64,000 nucleotides of DNA from Candidatus Krumholzibacteriia bacterium (lineage in GTDB: Bacteria; Krumholzibacteriota; Krumholzibacteriia; WVZY01), in NCBI GenBank assembly GCA_046754105.1, contig JBHHVD010000001.1:48383-112382 (forward strand), given 5' to 3'. Shown one piece after another: positions 41,263-51,005 of this stretch (position 1 is the stretch's first letter; every line of letters begins with the position of its first letter). The notes beneath the pieces are model-generated. The model did not search any database and had not been told where the DNA came from. It worked only from the letters and a program-made list of their open reading frames with translations. The position numbers and the translations under genes are program-made.

Positions 41263-41620
41263 CTTCTGACTCCTTTCGATCCCCTAACTAACGTACGGCT
41301 CGCCCATCCCCGGGGGGGGCGAACCGCCAACCCCGGCATGGTTCGGGTGCAATCCATCCACTCCCGCCACGACTGGATTATGGACGATGGGGTGATTCTG
41401 CTATCCGAAGTTGAGAACACCTGCGCACGGTTCCCCCGAAAATTAGCACTTCGACCTGCGCCGGGCAACCTCAAAAAGAGGAGTCCCGGACGACGGGCGT
41501 CCCGGCCATCGCCGCTGTCCGGTGCGCGCCCCGGCGCTCGTTGCGAGGCGGCCGCAATTCGGCAGCGACTCCGTGGTTTAAGGTGTTATTCAGAAGCTTC
41601 TTGGGGCATAATGGGGTCGA

Positions 41621-42424
41621 ATGATCTTTCGCAAGACAGATGATGCCCCTGCTGGCCAGTCCACACCGGAGGTGCCGCCTGCGCCGGGTCGTGCCGGTCG
41701 GGCTCGGACCCTCCTGGAGACGAGCGGCAACGCAATGGTGGTGTTGACCATTTTGAGCGTAATCGTATCGACGGCCGTCGGGTTTAAATGGCTCTCCCCA
41801 TTCTTGCACGTGGCCGCCGTGTTTCCCTCGTTCGGCGCAGCGATGAGAGCCCGCCGACACCGCCTGGCCCTGGCGTTGGCGGTGCGATGGGCGGTCGCTG
41901 TGTTCGCCACAACGGTCGTCGTCGGCGTTTTCGTGCCCGACCAGGTGGGCAGGAGCGTTGTCTTCGCGTACGCGAGCGTTACGGGTATTTCCCAATGGCT
42001 CAACACGCCCGGAGCCCCGCCGCCGGCGGACTACGCCTACCTCCTGTGGGGTATCGCCGTTTTTCTCGCCGGCGCGCTTCTCAGCGGGGGCGCGGTCGCG
42101 TTCGTCGTGGCTTCGGTCGCACTGGGAAATGCCGCTTTTGGAGTTCTGTTTCTTCTCAAGTACGCGTTCAACATCGTTCAAATCGCGCTCGTCGCCATCC
42201 CACCCTGGCAGGCGAGCATCCTGGGAGCCGCCCTGCTCATGCTCGTCCCGGCATCGTTGCCGTTCTACGAGCGGGTCGTACGGACCGGGCCGGAGACCTC
42301 GGACCGGAGGGTAGTGCGCGGATTGATGTACGCGGGCGCCGTCCTCGTGGTGGCCAGCCTGCTGCTGAGGGTCGCAGTGGCAGGTCCCTGGCACACCGTG
42401 CTCCGCGAATGGACGCTTTTCTAA
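41621..42424 (+). CDS. Multi-pass membrane hypothetical protein
   Basis: About 7 hydrophobic segments; fills the gap between neighbours. Confidence 0.65.
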   Translation: MIFRKTDDAPAGQSTPEVPPAPGRAGRARTLLETSGNAMVVLTILSVIVSTAVGFKWLSPFLHVAAVFPSFGAAMRARRHRLALALAVRWAVAVFATTVVVGVFVPDQVGRSVVFAYASVTGISQWLNTPGAPPPADYAYLLWGIAVFLAGALLSGGAVAFVVASVALGNAAFGVLFLLKYAFNIVQIALVAIPPWQASILGAALLMLVPASLPFYERVVRTGPETSDRRVVRGLMYAGAVLVVASLLLRVAVAGPWHTVLREWTLF

Positions 42425-42834
42425 TCCGGCCGTCTCCACACGGTGATCGATGCGCGACTGTCGTGGTTCGACTGCGCCCGCCACGGCAAGAGCACCTACA
42501 ACATACCGGCCTCACGACCGCCCCCCTACCATATATGGCGTACCGCGATCTGCGCCGTCGGATTGCCGGTCTCATAACCTGTTATTAATGAATTTATTGC
42601 CGGGGCCGGATTGCCGATGGTGCAATTGTCCTGATTCTTGCTAGTGTGCTGTCCCGGTGGGGCCGTGCCCCCTTGGCAGGTGGCGCGCCGATCGGCCCCT
42701 CCGGCAGGCCAGTTAGGGCTGGGGCGCCCGGAGTCATCGGCGACGGGGGCTGTACCTGCACAGGTCCGGCAGGGGAACGGCTTCCCGGACCGGACGCCGG
42801 GGATTTCCACCCGCCAAGGTGCCAGGAGCGACGT

Positions 42835-44376
42835 ATGCTGTACCTTACAATCGTGCGCAGCCCGAGCAAGCAGGAGACCCTGTCGATCCCCGACAAGGAA
42901 CTGCCCTTTACCATCGGACGCGACAAAGAGAACAAGCTCTTCATCAACAGTACCGCCGTCTCGCGGTTTCATGCCGTCCTGTTCGCCGAGCATGGGGAAT
43001 ATTTCGTCCAGGACATGGAGAGCACGAACGGCACCTTTCTCAACGGCAAGAAAGTCAAGAAATCCAGGGTCCACCCCGGCGACCGGGTCACGGTTGCCAA
43101 CATCGATATCGTCATCGACGCGGCTCCCACGCCCCTGACGGATTTCAAGCTTCCGCTGGACCTGACCGTGTCCATCGACAATCCGATCGCCAGCGGTGCG
43201 ACCATCACCATCAAGAATCCGGACCGCGAGCTCCTGCTCGACGACCTGGAGACCACGGCCGCCCACGACCTGTCGAAGTCGTATTCGGCTCTGCAGGTGC
43301 TCTACCGCGCGGACCGCGTGCTGCGGGATATAGAAGATTTCAAACAGCTGCTGGAGAACTTCATGGACCTCATCGCCGAAGTTATACCCTCGACCCGTGG
43401 GTACATATTCCTCCTCAACGCGGAGAACGGGCTGCCGGTACCGTACGTGCGCCGGGCACCGGGCTCGGCGGGCACCGACACCGAAATCGTTGTCAGCAAG
43501 ACGATCTTGAAAACGGCAGTTGAGAAAAAAGAATCGTTGATCTCAAAAGACGCGCTCGTCGACGAGCGGTTCGCGCATTCGAGGAGCGTGGCCGACTACA
43601 AGGTGAGAAGCGCTGTTTGCGCGCCCCTGCTAAACCGGGGAAAGGTCCTCGGCATTATCTATCTGGACTCGACGGACAAGTCGAATCTGTACTCGAAGGA
43701 CGACCTTTCGCTGCTCTCAGCCATGGCACTCAAGGCCGGCATCGCTCTGGACAACGCGCGGCTCTACGACGACATGCGCAACCTGTTCTTCAACACCGTC
43801 GAGACTCTGGTACGCGCCATCCAGGCGCGCGACCCCTACACAAGCGGCCACTCCGCACGGGTCACGCGGTACTGCCTGTTGATTGCGGAAAGACTACAGC
43901 TGAGCACAAAGGAAAAGCAGCATCTCTATTTGACGTCGATGCTTCACGACATCGGCAAGATCGGCATACCTGACGACCTCCTCAACCGGCCGGGAAAGCT
44001 CAGCGAGGAAGAAATCGCGCGGGTACGGGACCACGTCAAGGTCGGTGCGAGTATGTTGAGAGCGTTGGGTGAGATGCACCCGATCGTTCCGCTCATCCTC
44101 CACCACCACGAGGCCTACGACGGATCGGGCTACCCGGACGGGTTAAAGGGCCAGAAGATACCCCTCATCTCGCGGATCGTCGCCGTCGCGGATACATGGG
44201 ACGCGATGACGTCGGACCGCCCCTACCGCAAAGCAAGAACCATCGAGGAGGCGGTCGCGGAACTGAAGCGTTGCTCCGGAACGAACTTCGATCCCAAAGT
44301 GGTCAAGGTATTCCTGCAAACCCTCGAGGAACAATCCACCGCGGTGCTGGACAAAGTCCCGCAACCGATCACTTGA
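42835..44376 (+). CDS. FHA-GAF-HD-GYP cyclic dinucleotide phosphodiesterase
   Basis: FHA (IGR, SRFHA, STNGT), GAF (SAVCAPL, LGIIYLD), HD-GYP (GHSARV, HDIGK, HHE, GYPDGL, RPYRK). Confidence 0.93.
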   Translation: MLYLTIVRSPSKQETLSIPDKELPFTIGRDKENKLFINSTAVSRFHAVLFAEHGEYFVQDMESTNGTFLNGKKVKKSRVHPGDRVTVANIDIVIDAAPTPLTDFKLPLDLTVSIDNPIASGATITIKNPDRELLLDDLETTAAHDLSKSYSALQVLYRADRVLRDIEDFKQLLENFMDLIAEVIPSTRGYIFLLNAENGLPVPYVRRAPGSAGTDTEIVVSKTILKTAVEKKESLISKDALVDERFAHSRSVADYKVRSAVCAPLLNRGKVLGIIYLDSTDKSNLYSKDDLSLLSAMALKAGIALDNARLYDDMRNLFFNTVETLVRAIQARDPYTSGHSARVTRYCLLIAERLQLSTKEKQHLYLTSMLHDIGKIGIPDDLLNRPGKLSEEEIARVRDHVKVGASMLRALGEMHPIVPLILHHHEAYDGSGYPDGLKGQKIPLISRIVAVADTWDAMTSDRPYRKARTIEEAVAELKRCSGTNFDPKVVKVFLQTLEEQSTAVLDKVPQPIT

Positions 44377-45232
44377 GTTCGAGCTCTGCGATTTCCACCG
44401 TCGTTGCCCCTCCGTGTGTCGAGGCGAACTCGAGTCGGATTTGCCGGGCGCCCACCACTCCCCGGTCCAGTTGAATCATTTGCTTGGCGGCTTTGGCCTC
44501 CAGCTCGAACTGCTGGATCTCCTTGCCGTCGGCATAGAGCTTGCAGTTTTTTGGTTGCCCCGCGTCTAGCGTCCGCAGGCTGAGAACGCCTTCTACGACC
44601 CCGAAGGGACACGGGATATCCACGTAGGCCTTGCCCTGTGCGGCGACCGGCGAGCGCCACGCCGTCGTCGTGTCGCCGTCGAACGCCTTCCAAAGCGCGT
44701 CGCCTTCGGAAAGGGGCGCGGAGGCGGTTCCGTTCATCGCGATCCAGTCCGCGCGCTCTCCGGCCATGAGGCTGAACGATTCATCCTGGACGAGGGACAC
44801 GACCCGGCTTCCCGCAACTACCCGGACGTCCCACAATCCGTCGTCGTTGAGTTCGACGGGCACCACGCTGTCGGGCACCATGTCCGCGAAATACCAGTGC
44901 CACCCGTGGGTCACCTGCGAACCCTTCTTGTTGATGTAGATGATCCCTCCCGGCGGTTTGCCGCCCTTGCCCCCATAGACGAGAACGCGGCCTTTATCCC
45001 CCGTCTCCTGACCCGGGAACGGCTCGTAGATCTTCTTCTCGTATCCGGCCGCCTCTGCCATTTCCGCGATGGACGCCACTTCTTCCTCCAGCGTCACCGT
45101 GCCGCCGGCGCGCCTCGCGATGGCCTGCAGATCCACTGCTCCACCGCTCTCGTCCTCGGACTTGCCACAAGACCCCAGCAGCAGGGCTGCGAGGACACCC
45201 GCGAACAACATTTCCCTGGATCCGAACCTCAT
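44369..45232 (-). CDS. Lipoprotein with C-terminal discoidin/F5-8-like domain
   Basis: Lipobox LGSC; KAFDGDTTTAWRS; ends IAELELK. Confidence 0.7.
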   Translation of the reverse strand: MRFGSREMLFAGVLAALLLGSCGKSEDESGGAVDLQAIARRAGGTVTLEEEVASIAEMAEAAGYEKKIYEPFPGQETGDKGRVLVYGGKGGKPPGGIIYINKKGSQVTHGWHWYFADMVPDSVVPVELNDDGLWDVRVVAGSRVVSLVQDESFSLMAGERADWIAMNGTASAPLSEGDALWKAFDGDTTTAWRSPVAAQGKAYVDIPCPFGVVEGVLSLRTLDAGQPKNCKLYADGKEIQQFELEAKAAKQMIQLDRGVVGARQIRLEFASTHGGATTVEIAELELK

Positions 45233-45269
45233 ATGTACCTTCCTTTTCGCAGAAAAAATGAACCGGAGC

Positions 45270-45298
45270 ATTATGCGGGACTCCGCGTCGAATGTCAA
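45270..45298 (-). promoter_or_regulatory. sigma70 promoter of the 44369..45232 lipoprotein gene
   Basis: Minus strand TTGACA (45298-45293), 17 bp, CATAAT (45275-45270). Confidence 0.7.
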
Positions 45299-45348
45299 GA
45301 CGCAACTCATTATACCGCTGGTGATTGTGGAAGTTGCAGAGGACGTGG

Positions 45349-45379
45349 AAAAAACCCGTGGGTACCGAGTACCCACGGG
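45349..45379 (-). terminator. Intrinsic terminator ending the kinase-TPR-lipoprotein operon
   Basis: 11-bp perfect stem CCCGTGGGTAC/GTACCCACGGG followed by T6 on the minus strand, just after the stop at 45391. Confidence 0.85.
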
Positions 45380-45390
45380 GAAGCCGGTGA

Positions 45391-47034
45391 CTAACGGTGC
45401 GCGGCTGGGACGACGACGCCCCCCGCAGTCTTGCCCAGCAAGTAGACGACCACGTTTTCCAACAGCCAGGCGCCGTCTTGCGTCAGGTTGTCGGGGCTGA
45501 CCTCCACGCCGTTGAAACCCCATAAAAGGTTGGTCGCCGTTCCCAGGACGACGGTGGTGGTTTCCTCGACCAGGGGATGCAGGAGCATCAGCGGTGCCCG
45601 GGCGGCGAAAGGGGTCACGTTGTTGTTGCCGGAAAACGGGACGGAAAGCATCTCGAGGTTGCGCGTGTAGACGCCCAGAAGCGACCCCGCGGTGGCGTTC
45701 AGCGGGTTCGGCAGATTATAAACGTCGTCGGCCGGGTCGACCACGTAGAGCCCCGACTGAAAGCTGGTCTGGGCACCACCGAAGCCAAGTGTCAGACCGA
45801 TATTCTCGAAATAGGACGCCCCGCCGGCGCCTATACCGAGCACCATCGTGCCACTCTGCGCGATGGCATCGGTCTGGGGCTGGTATGCCCCCTGCCAGCC
45901 GGTGACGTCCTGGGCCGCGTCCCAGCCGATAACGACCACGTCGAACAACACCGGGCTCACGGCGAAATCCTTTGGCAGCACGCGTACGGCCGCCTGTCCG
46001 GTGGTTTCCCAGTACGACTCGATCTCCTGTTCGAAGAGCGCCGCCGCTGCCGTATCTCCCTGACCCTGGACGTCGGTGATGTAGGCGATGTTCTGCACGC
46101 GCACGTAATCGGCCGACCAGGCGGTGCCCAGAGCGTTGTCCACCATAACCACGTCAGAGGTGCCTTTCAGCGGCACCTGCACCTGGACGAGCAACTGGTC
46201 GGTCGCCGCGGTGACGATGCTGGCCGCGCGGCCGAAGATCCAGACCTGGGTGCCGGGGTAATCGAGATGCTCACCGAATACCGTCAGCTGAACCACCTGG
46301 CTCCTCATGGCCTCCGGTGCCGAGATTCCCGAGATCGCGGGAGCGGCATAGATGTGAACGTATTGCTCCGCGAACTCACTCTGCGTGTAGATGTTCTCGG
46401 CGGCCACCCGAAAATAGTAGTCGCCGCCCGGCAGGTCCCCTCCGTTTACCTGGGTAAACGTGTCCGTCAGGCCCGCTTCAAAACTGATAACGGAGAAATC
46501 GGGTACCGGACTTTCCTGAAACCGGTAGAAACCCGCGCCGGGCGTACGGTTCCACATCAAATTGAACGTGGTCCCTTCATCCACGACGGAGATATCCCGC
46601 CAGAACGCCGGTAACACGAACGATCTGGCCACGATCGAAACGCTGGTGTTCTGGTCTCTCAGCACGTCCACCGCCTCGTCGACGCCGAAAAAGGTCATGA
46701 GCCCGGCTTGAAACAACTCTACCGCCACACGCTTGCCGGCCTCCGCGATGACGGTCAGCTGGACCTGGGCCGTGCCGGCGGGCGGGTTCAGCGCTACGCC
46801 CTTGGTCGCTTCCGGCTGGCTGCCCGTACCCGGGCGGTAGACCTTTACCACGACGGAATCCGCCGTGGGCAGCGCACGTGCGAGGGCATCGTCCATAGGG
46901 GCCGCTGCGCTCCCACCGCCGGAGAGCCGCAGGACGATCACGCCGTGCTCCTCCACGTCGGGGCTTTCCAAGAGCGAACATCCCACCGCGGCGAGGCTGA
47001 TTGCGACCGCTAGTACAAGAATCTTTTTGGACAT
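45391..47034 (-). CDS. Multidomain lipoprotein (FN3-like and IPT/TIG-like domains plus alpha/beta C-terminal domain)
   Basis: Lipobox AVGC; LMWNRTPGA...YYFRVAAEN; PAISGIS...LTVFGEHL. Confidence 0.75.
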   Translation of the reverse strand: MSKKILVLAVAISLAAVGCSLLESPDVEEHGVIVLRLSGGGSAAAPMDDALARALPTADSVVVKVYRPGTGSQPEATKGVALNPPAGTAQVQLTVIAEAGKRVAVELFQAGLMTFFGVDEAVDVLRDQNTSVSIVARSFVLPAFWRDISVVDEGTTFNLMWNRTPGAGFYRFQESPVPDFSVISFEAGLTDTFTQVNGGDLPGGDYYFRVAAENIYTQSEFAEQYVHIYAAPAISGISAPEAMRSQVVQLTVFGEHLDYPGTQVWIFGRAASIVTAATDQLLVQVQVPLKGTSDVVMVDNALGTAWSADYVRVQNIAYITDVQGQGDTAAAALFEQEIESYWETTGQAAVRVLPKDFAVSPVLFDVVVIGWDAAQDVTGWQGAYQPQTDAIAQSGTMVLGIGAGGASYFENIGLTLGFGGAQTSFQSGLYVVDPADDVYNLPNPLNATAGSLLGVYTRNLEMLSVPFSGNNNVTPFAARAPLMLLHPLVEETTTVVLGTATNLLWGFNGVEVSPDNLTQDGAWLLENVVVYLLGKTAGGVVVPAAHR

Positions 47035-47055
47035 GTCTTTGACCTCCGTCGCGAT

Positions 47056-47673
47056 TTACTGGACTTGTATGCCAACGGTCACGCGGCCGGTATCGGCGGG
47101 GGGCGCATTGTCGCCCCCACCAGAGGCCGCTCCCGCGATGGCGAGGAGTACGACACCCATGGTCGCGTAGAACCACCATTTCTTGTAGACCGGTTTGCCC
47201 GCCGGCGCGGCGGCCTCGGTACTGGAATCGGCCGCACTGGTGATGCCGGTGTCCGGCGCGGTGCGGATTACCGCCGAGGCGTATTCCGATTTGGCCTGGT
47301 CGAACGTCGAGACGACGATCGATTTGAAAACACCCGGATCCGGGCCCTTGTAGGCACCGTCTTTTTTCAGGAGTTTCAGGAACTGAGCTTTTCCCTCGTC
47401 GCTCGCGCCCGTCATGATCAGCGACGCGGCCAGATACTCCCGCGCCTCCCGGACCTGTTCGTCTGCAACGTCCTCGCGCTCGAGGAACTGACGCAGCTCT
47501 GAGATGGCCTTTGTGTAGTCGCCGCGAAAATAGTACTTGTATTCAATTCGTTTCAGATCGGTGTCCGCCCCGGCGAGCGCTTCGCGCGGGAAAAGGCACG
47601 TCGCCTGGAAACCGAAGAAGCAGATCATGACGACCGTCGATACGACCTTGAGACCCCTGCTTTGCCTCAACAT
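47056..47673 (-). CDS. Exported TPR-like protein with C-terminal KKWWF + hydrophobic segment
   Basis: Signal peptide; YFRGDYTKAI, EAREYLAAS; KPVYKKWWFYATMGVVLLAIAGAA. Confidence 0.75.
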   Translation of the reverse strand: MLRQSRGLKVVSTVVMICFFGFQATCLFPREALAGADTDLKRIEYKYYFRGDYTKAISELRQFLEREDVADEQVREAREYLAASLIMTGASDEGKAQFLKLLKKDGAYKGPDPGVFKSIVVSTFDQAKSEYASAVIRTAPDTGITSAADSSTEAAAPAGKPVYKKWWFYATMGVVLLAIAGAASGGGDNAPPADTGRVTVGIQVQ

Positions 47674-47710
47674 GGTAAACCTCCGTCAGCAAGGAACCGC
47701 GGGAATGTTT

Positions 47711-50026
47711 TCATCCATCCAGCTCTTCATATGTCACCGTGGGTTCGCTTCCCACTTCGTACTCGATAACGGTATCCACGCCCTCTTTCACCGTGACGCC
47801 CACCTCGCGTGAGTCCTGTTCCCGAAACATGTTGCAGAGAATCGTATGGCGCCCCGCGGGTACGACGGCGCCGGTAAAGGGCGGTTGCTGCTTGAACTTG
47901 CGACCGTCGAACCACAACTCGCCGACACCGCCGAGGAAGTACACGGATAGCCTCCCGTAGGCGAGCTTCGGTGGCTCGAGCGTGGTCCTGGAACCCTTTC
48001 TCACCGTCACCACTTCTTCGAACGCCGTCACACCGTCGAGCAGTTCCGCACGCACTTTGTGTTTCCCCGCGGGCAGCTGGATCGACAGGTACGTATCTTC
48101 ACGGACCTTTAGGTCTCCATCGACGTAGATGTTGGCCAGTTTCGGCAGCACCCAATCCAGCCGGCCCGAACCCGTGCCCGTCTTCCTCCGGGCCCGCTGC
48201 CCGGGTTTGACCTGGACGACCAGCGTCTGCTCGGAGCTGGCGATTCCATCGCTGCCGTGGACGGGAACGCGATGGGTTCCCGCCTGGTTCTTACGGGGAG
48301 TCCAGACGATACGATCGCCGTTCAACGCCATTCCGGCGGGCGCGTCTTCGAGCGAGAACTGCACCGGCCGGCCGGACGCGCTCGCCGCTTGCAGTTTTAC
48401 GTTCAGTTTCTTGCCGACCTGCGCGGTTGCGCCGCCGATCGCCTTGAAGTCCAGGGAAACGGGTTCGTCCACCACCTCGACCAGCGTTTGCGCCTGTGCC
48501 ACGTCGTTTCCGTCGTCGGCAAAGAACCTGAGCTCGTGTGTGCCGGCCTGCGAATAGTCGACCTTCCACGTAAATTCCCCCTCCGCGGACAGGTCTGCAC
48601 CGTCGGGCAGGTTGTCGCTGTAGAGACGTACCTTATCGCCGTCCGCGTCGACGACCTCGATCCGGAATTTGACGTGTTGCCCTTCGCTGACCGTCATGCG
48701 GGGGGGCGGGGACAGGACCGGTGCGGCGTTCGCGCTGCCGCTCGATCGAATCGCCGTCCATCCCCACCAGCCGCCGAAAGCGGCGCTGGCCGCAACAAGG
48801 ACGATGAGCGGGGCCGCCAACCGGCCGCGGCGCGAGCCGGCAGCGCGGCGGGGCGGTCGTCCCCGGGTTGGTTTCGCCTTCGCCCGGCCGCGTATCCGGG
48901 ATTTCGAGTCCTCCCCGTCTGCCTTTTTGGATAGCCCGGCTTTGTCGAGGGCGACGGTCGAATTCTCGTCGGGATACTCTGCCATGAGCCTGGCGAGATG
49001 TTTCCGTGCGCGGTCGTTGGTCGGATCGAGGTAGAGGATCCGCTTGAACTCCTGTACCGCATCGGTGATGTGGGTCTTGCCCTTCTGCATGAAGTAGGTT
49101 CCCTGTGACAAACACCGGGCGACCATCTTGTCTTTGTAGGCCTTCTCGTACGCCTCGGGGTCCTTCATGTACCGCTGCAGGCGACGGCGATCCCGTTTGA
49201 TCTCGAACTTCTCCATCGCCTTTTCAACGTCGGTAATGATATCGACGATGCTCTCGTAACGCCGGGAGACGTCCTTCTCCAGCATCCTGGCGACGATGTT
49301 TTCGAAATCGGGCTGGATGAGAGGGTTCTTGTGGGTGAGTGATGGAACATCGTGGGTCTGGATCTTCTCGAGCACTTCCGAATAGGATTTTCCCTCGAAC
49401 GGGCGTTTCTGACAGAACAACTCGTATGCCACGACGCCCAGCGAAAAGATGTCGCTCTGCGGCCCAACGTTGTCACCCGCCGCCTGTTCCGGTGACATGT
49501 AGGCGGGTGTTCCGAGCACTTTTCCGGGCTGGGTGACGACGGTCATCGCGTCGGATTTCTTGGCCAGCCCGAAGTCGGCAATCTTGATTCCGCCCTGCCG
49601 CGTGTAGATGATATTCGCGGGCTTGATGTCCCGGTGAACGATTTCCTTGTTGTGCGCAGCCTCCAGCCCGAGGCAAACATCCAGCAGGATCGAGACCGCG
49701 ATGTCGAGGGGGATTCTCTCGTAGTCCTTGATGAGGTCGGCGATCGTCATGCCCTCGTAGTACTCCATGACGATGTAGTAGCAGCCGCCCGACTCGCCGA
49801 AATCGACGACGTTGACGATGTTCTCGTGCTGGACCTTGGCGGCCGATCGGGCCTCGCGTTCGAAGCGGCTGATGAAGCTCTCGTCGCTCGCCAGGTAGGG
49901 AAACAGCACCTTGATGGCGACGGTTTTGCCGATGGACACCTTGCGGGCCTTGTAAACGGCCGCCATGCCGCCCACGGCGACCTGCTCCATCGAATCGTAA
50001 CCGTCTATGCGGACTTCTATTGCCAT
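47711..50026 (-). CDS. Hanks-type transmembrane Ser/Thr kinase with extracytoplasmic Ig-like and PEGA-like repeats
   Basis: GGMAAVY, VAIK, HRDIKPAN, DFG, GTPAYMSPEQ; TM; two N.AP/F.W.P....G.H Ig-like repeats. Confidence 0.93.
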   Translation of the reverse strand: MAIEVRIDGYDSMEQVAVGGMAAVYKARKVSIGKTVAIKVLFPYLASDESFISRFEREARSAAKVQHENIVNVVDFGESGGCYYIVMEYYEGMTIADLIKDYERIPLDIAVSILLDVCLGLEAAHNKEIVHRDIKPANIIYTRQGGIKIADFGLAKKSDAMTVVTQPGKVLGTPAYMSPEQAAGDNVGPQSDIFSLGVVAYELFCQKRPFEGKSYSEVLEKIQTHDVPSLTHKNPLIQPDFENIVARMLEKDVSRRYESIVDIITDVEKAMEKFEIKRDRRRLQRYMKDPEAYEKAYKDKMVARCLSQGTYFMQKGKTHITDAVQEFKRILYLDPTNDRARKHLARLMAEYPDENSTVALDKAGLSKKADGEDSKSRIRGRAKAKPTRGRPPRRAAGSRRGRLAAPLIVLVAASAAFGGWWGWTAIRSSGSANAAPVLSPPPRMTVSEGQHVKFRIEVVDADGDKVRLYSDNLPDGADLSAEGEFTWKVDYSQAGTHELRFFADDGNDVAQAQTLVEVVDEPVSLDFKAIGGATAQVGKKLNVKLQAASASGRPVQFSLEDAPAGMALNGDRIVWTPRKNQAGTHRVPVHGSDGIASSEQTLVVQVKPGQRARRKTGTGSGRLDWVLPKLANIYVDGDLKVREDTYLSIQLPAGKHKVRAELLDGVTAFEEVVTVRKGSRTTLEPPKLAYGRLSVYFLGGVGELWFDGRKFKQQPPFTGAVVPAGRHTILCNMFREQDSREVGVTVKEGVDTVIEYEVGSEPTVTYEELDG

Positions 50027-50132
50027 TTGCAAGATTCTCCGGCCGCCGTATCCCGCCCATCGACGGAACGCAGCGTAACGCACTATTACGCAACAGGTTA
50101 AAAACCTGCATCCCATGTCCCGCGGGGCTAGT

Positions 50133-50148
50133 TGCAATAATTACGCCA
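50133..50148 (-). promoter_or_regulatory. Possible sigma54 (-24/-12) promoter upstream of the kinase
   Basis: Minus strand TGGCGTAATTATTGCA (TGGC-N7-TTGCA; GG-N10-GC). Confidence 0.45.
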
Positions 50149-50335
50149 CCGGCGCCGAGGGGCCACCCCCCCCCAATCACGGCCACCGCGCTCGTCCGCG
50201 GCACACGCGGGACGGGGGAGCGCGCCGGCGGCGGCGGGGTACGGAGTTTTTGCTTGAGCGGCCGGAACGGGGGTTGTATAACTTGCCGAGCCCGAAGCCC
50301 GGCAAGAAACCACTCGGGGGGAAAAGGAGTCATCC

Positions 50336-50965
50336 TTGAGACGGATCGTCGTGATCGTAGTCGTCGTGCTGTCCGTGTGCTGCCACGCACCCGCATTCTC
50401 GCAGGTTTTTTACACGTTTGCGAACGCCCCCGTCGTTGCACCGGACAACGTGGTCACCGGCGCGTACGCGGCGGTCGGTGAGAACGACCTCTTCCGGCTC
50501 GGTGGTTTCGGGCGCCTGGGGCTTGTGAAATACTTCGACGTCGGCGTGGAGGTCCAGCTGGACCTTGTCGACGGAGACGCGCGTGGAGGCGCCGGGGTGG
50601 ACGTCAAGCTGGCCGCCTTTCCAGAGACGGCCGCGATACCGTTCGACTTGTCGCTCAACGCCGGCGTGGGGTTTGTCGGTGACGGCGACTTTACACTGAT
50701 CCGTGTGCCCATTGGCGGTATCATCAGCAGCCCGTTCAAACTGGATTCCGGAAAAGTGCTCGTCCCCTACGTTGGCGCGTATCTGCTCGTCGACAATATC
50801 GATGTCGAAGGCGGCCCGCTCCAACCGGACATCTCGGATACCGACGTGGATGCCGAGCTCAGGGGAGGCGTGCGCTACGAGCTGGAGGGTCGATTGGACC
50901 TCTTCGGCACGCTGCACATAGGCCGCGGCGCGCTCTTTGCCGTGGGTGTAACCCTCAAACTCTAG
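50336..50965 (+). CDS. Small outer-membrane beta-barrel protein
   Basis: SD AAAGGAG then TTG; signal peptide; alternating strands (PYVGAYL, GGVRYEL); ends AVGVTLKL. Confidence 0.75.
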   Translation: MRRIVVIVVVVLSVCCHAPAFSQVFYTFANAPVVAPDNVVTGAYAAVGENDLFRLGGFGRLGLVKYFDVGVEVQLDLVDGDARGGAGVDVKLAAFPETAAIPFDLSLNAGVGFVGDGDFTLIRVPIGGIISSPFKLDSGKVLVPYVGAYLLVDNIDVEGGPLQPDISDTDVDAELRGGVRYELEGRLDLFGTLHIGRGALFAVGVTLKL

Positions 50966-51005
50966 GGGGGATGTGGCGCCCGGTGCGGCGGTGGCCACGC
51001 GCGGG

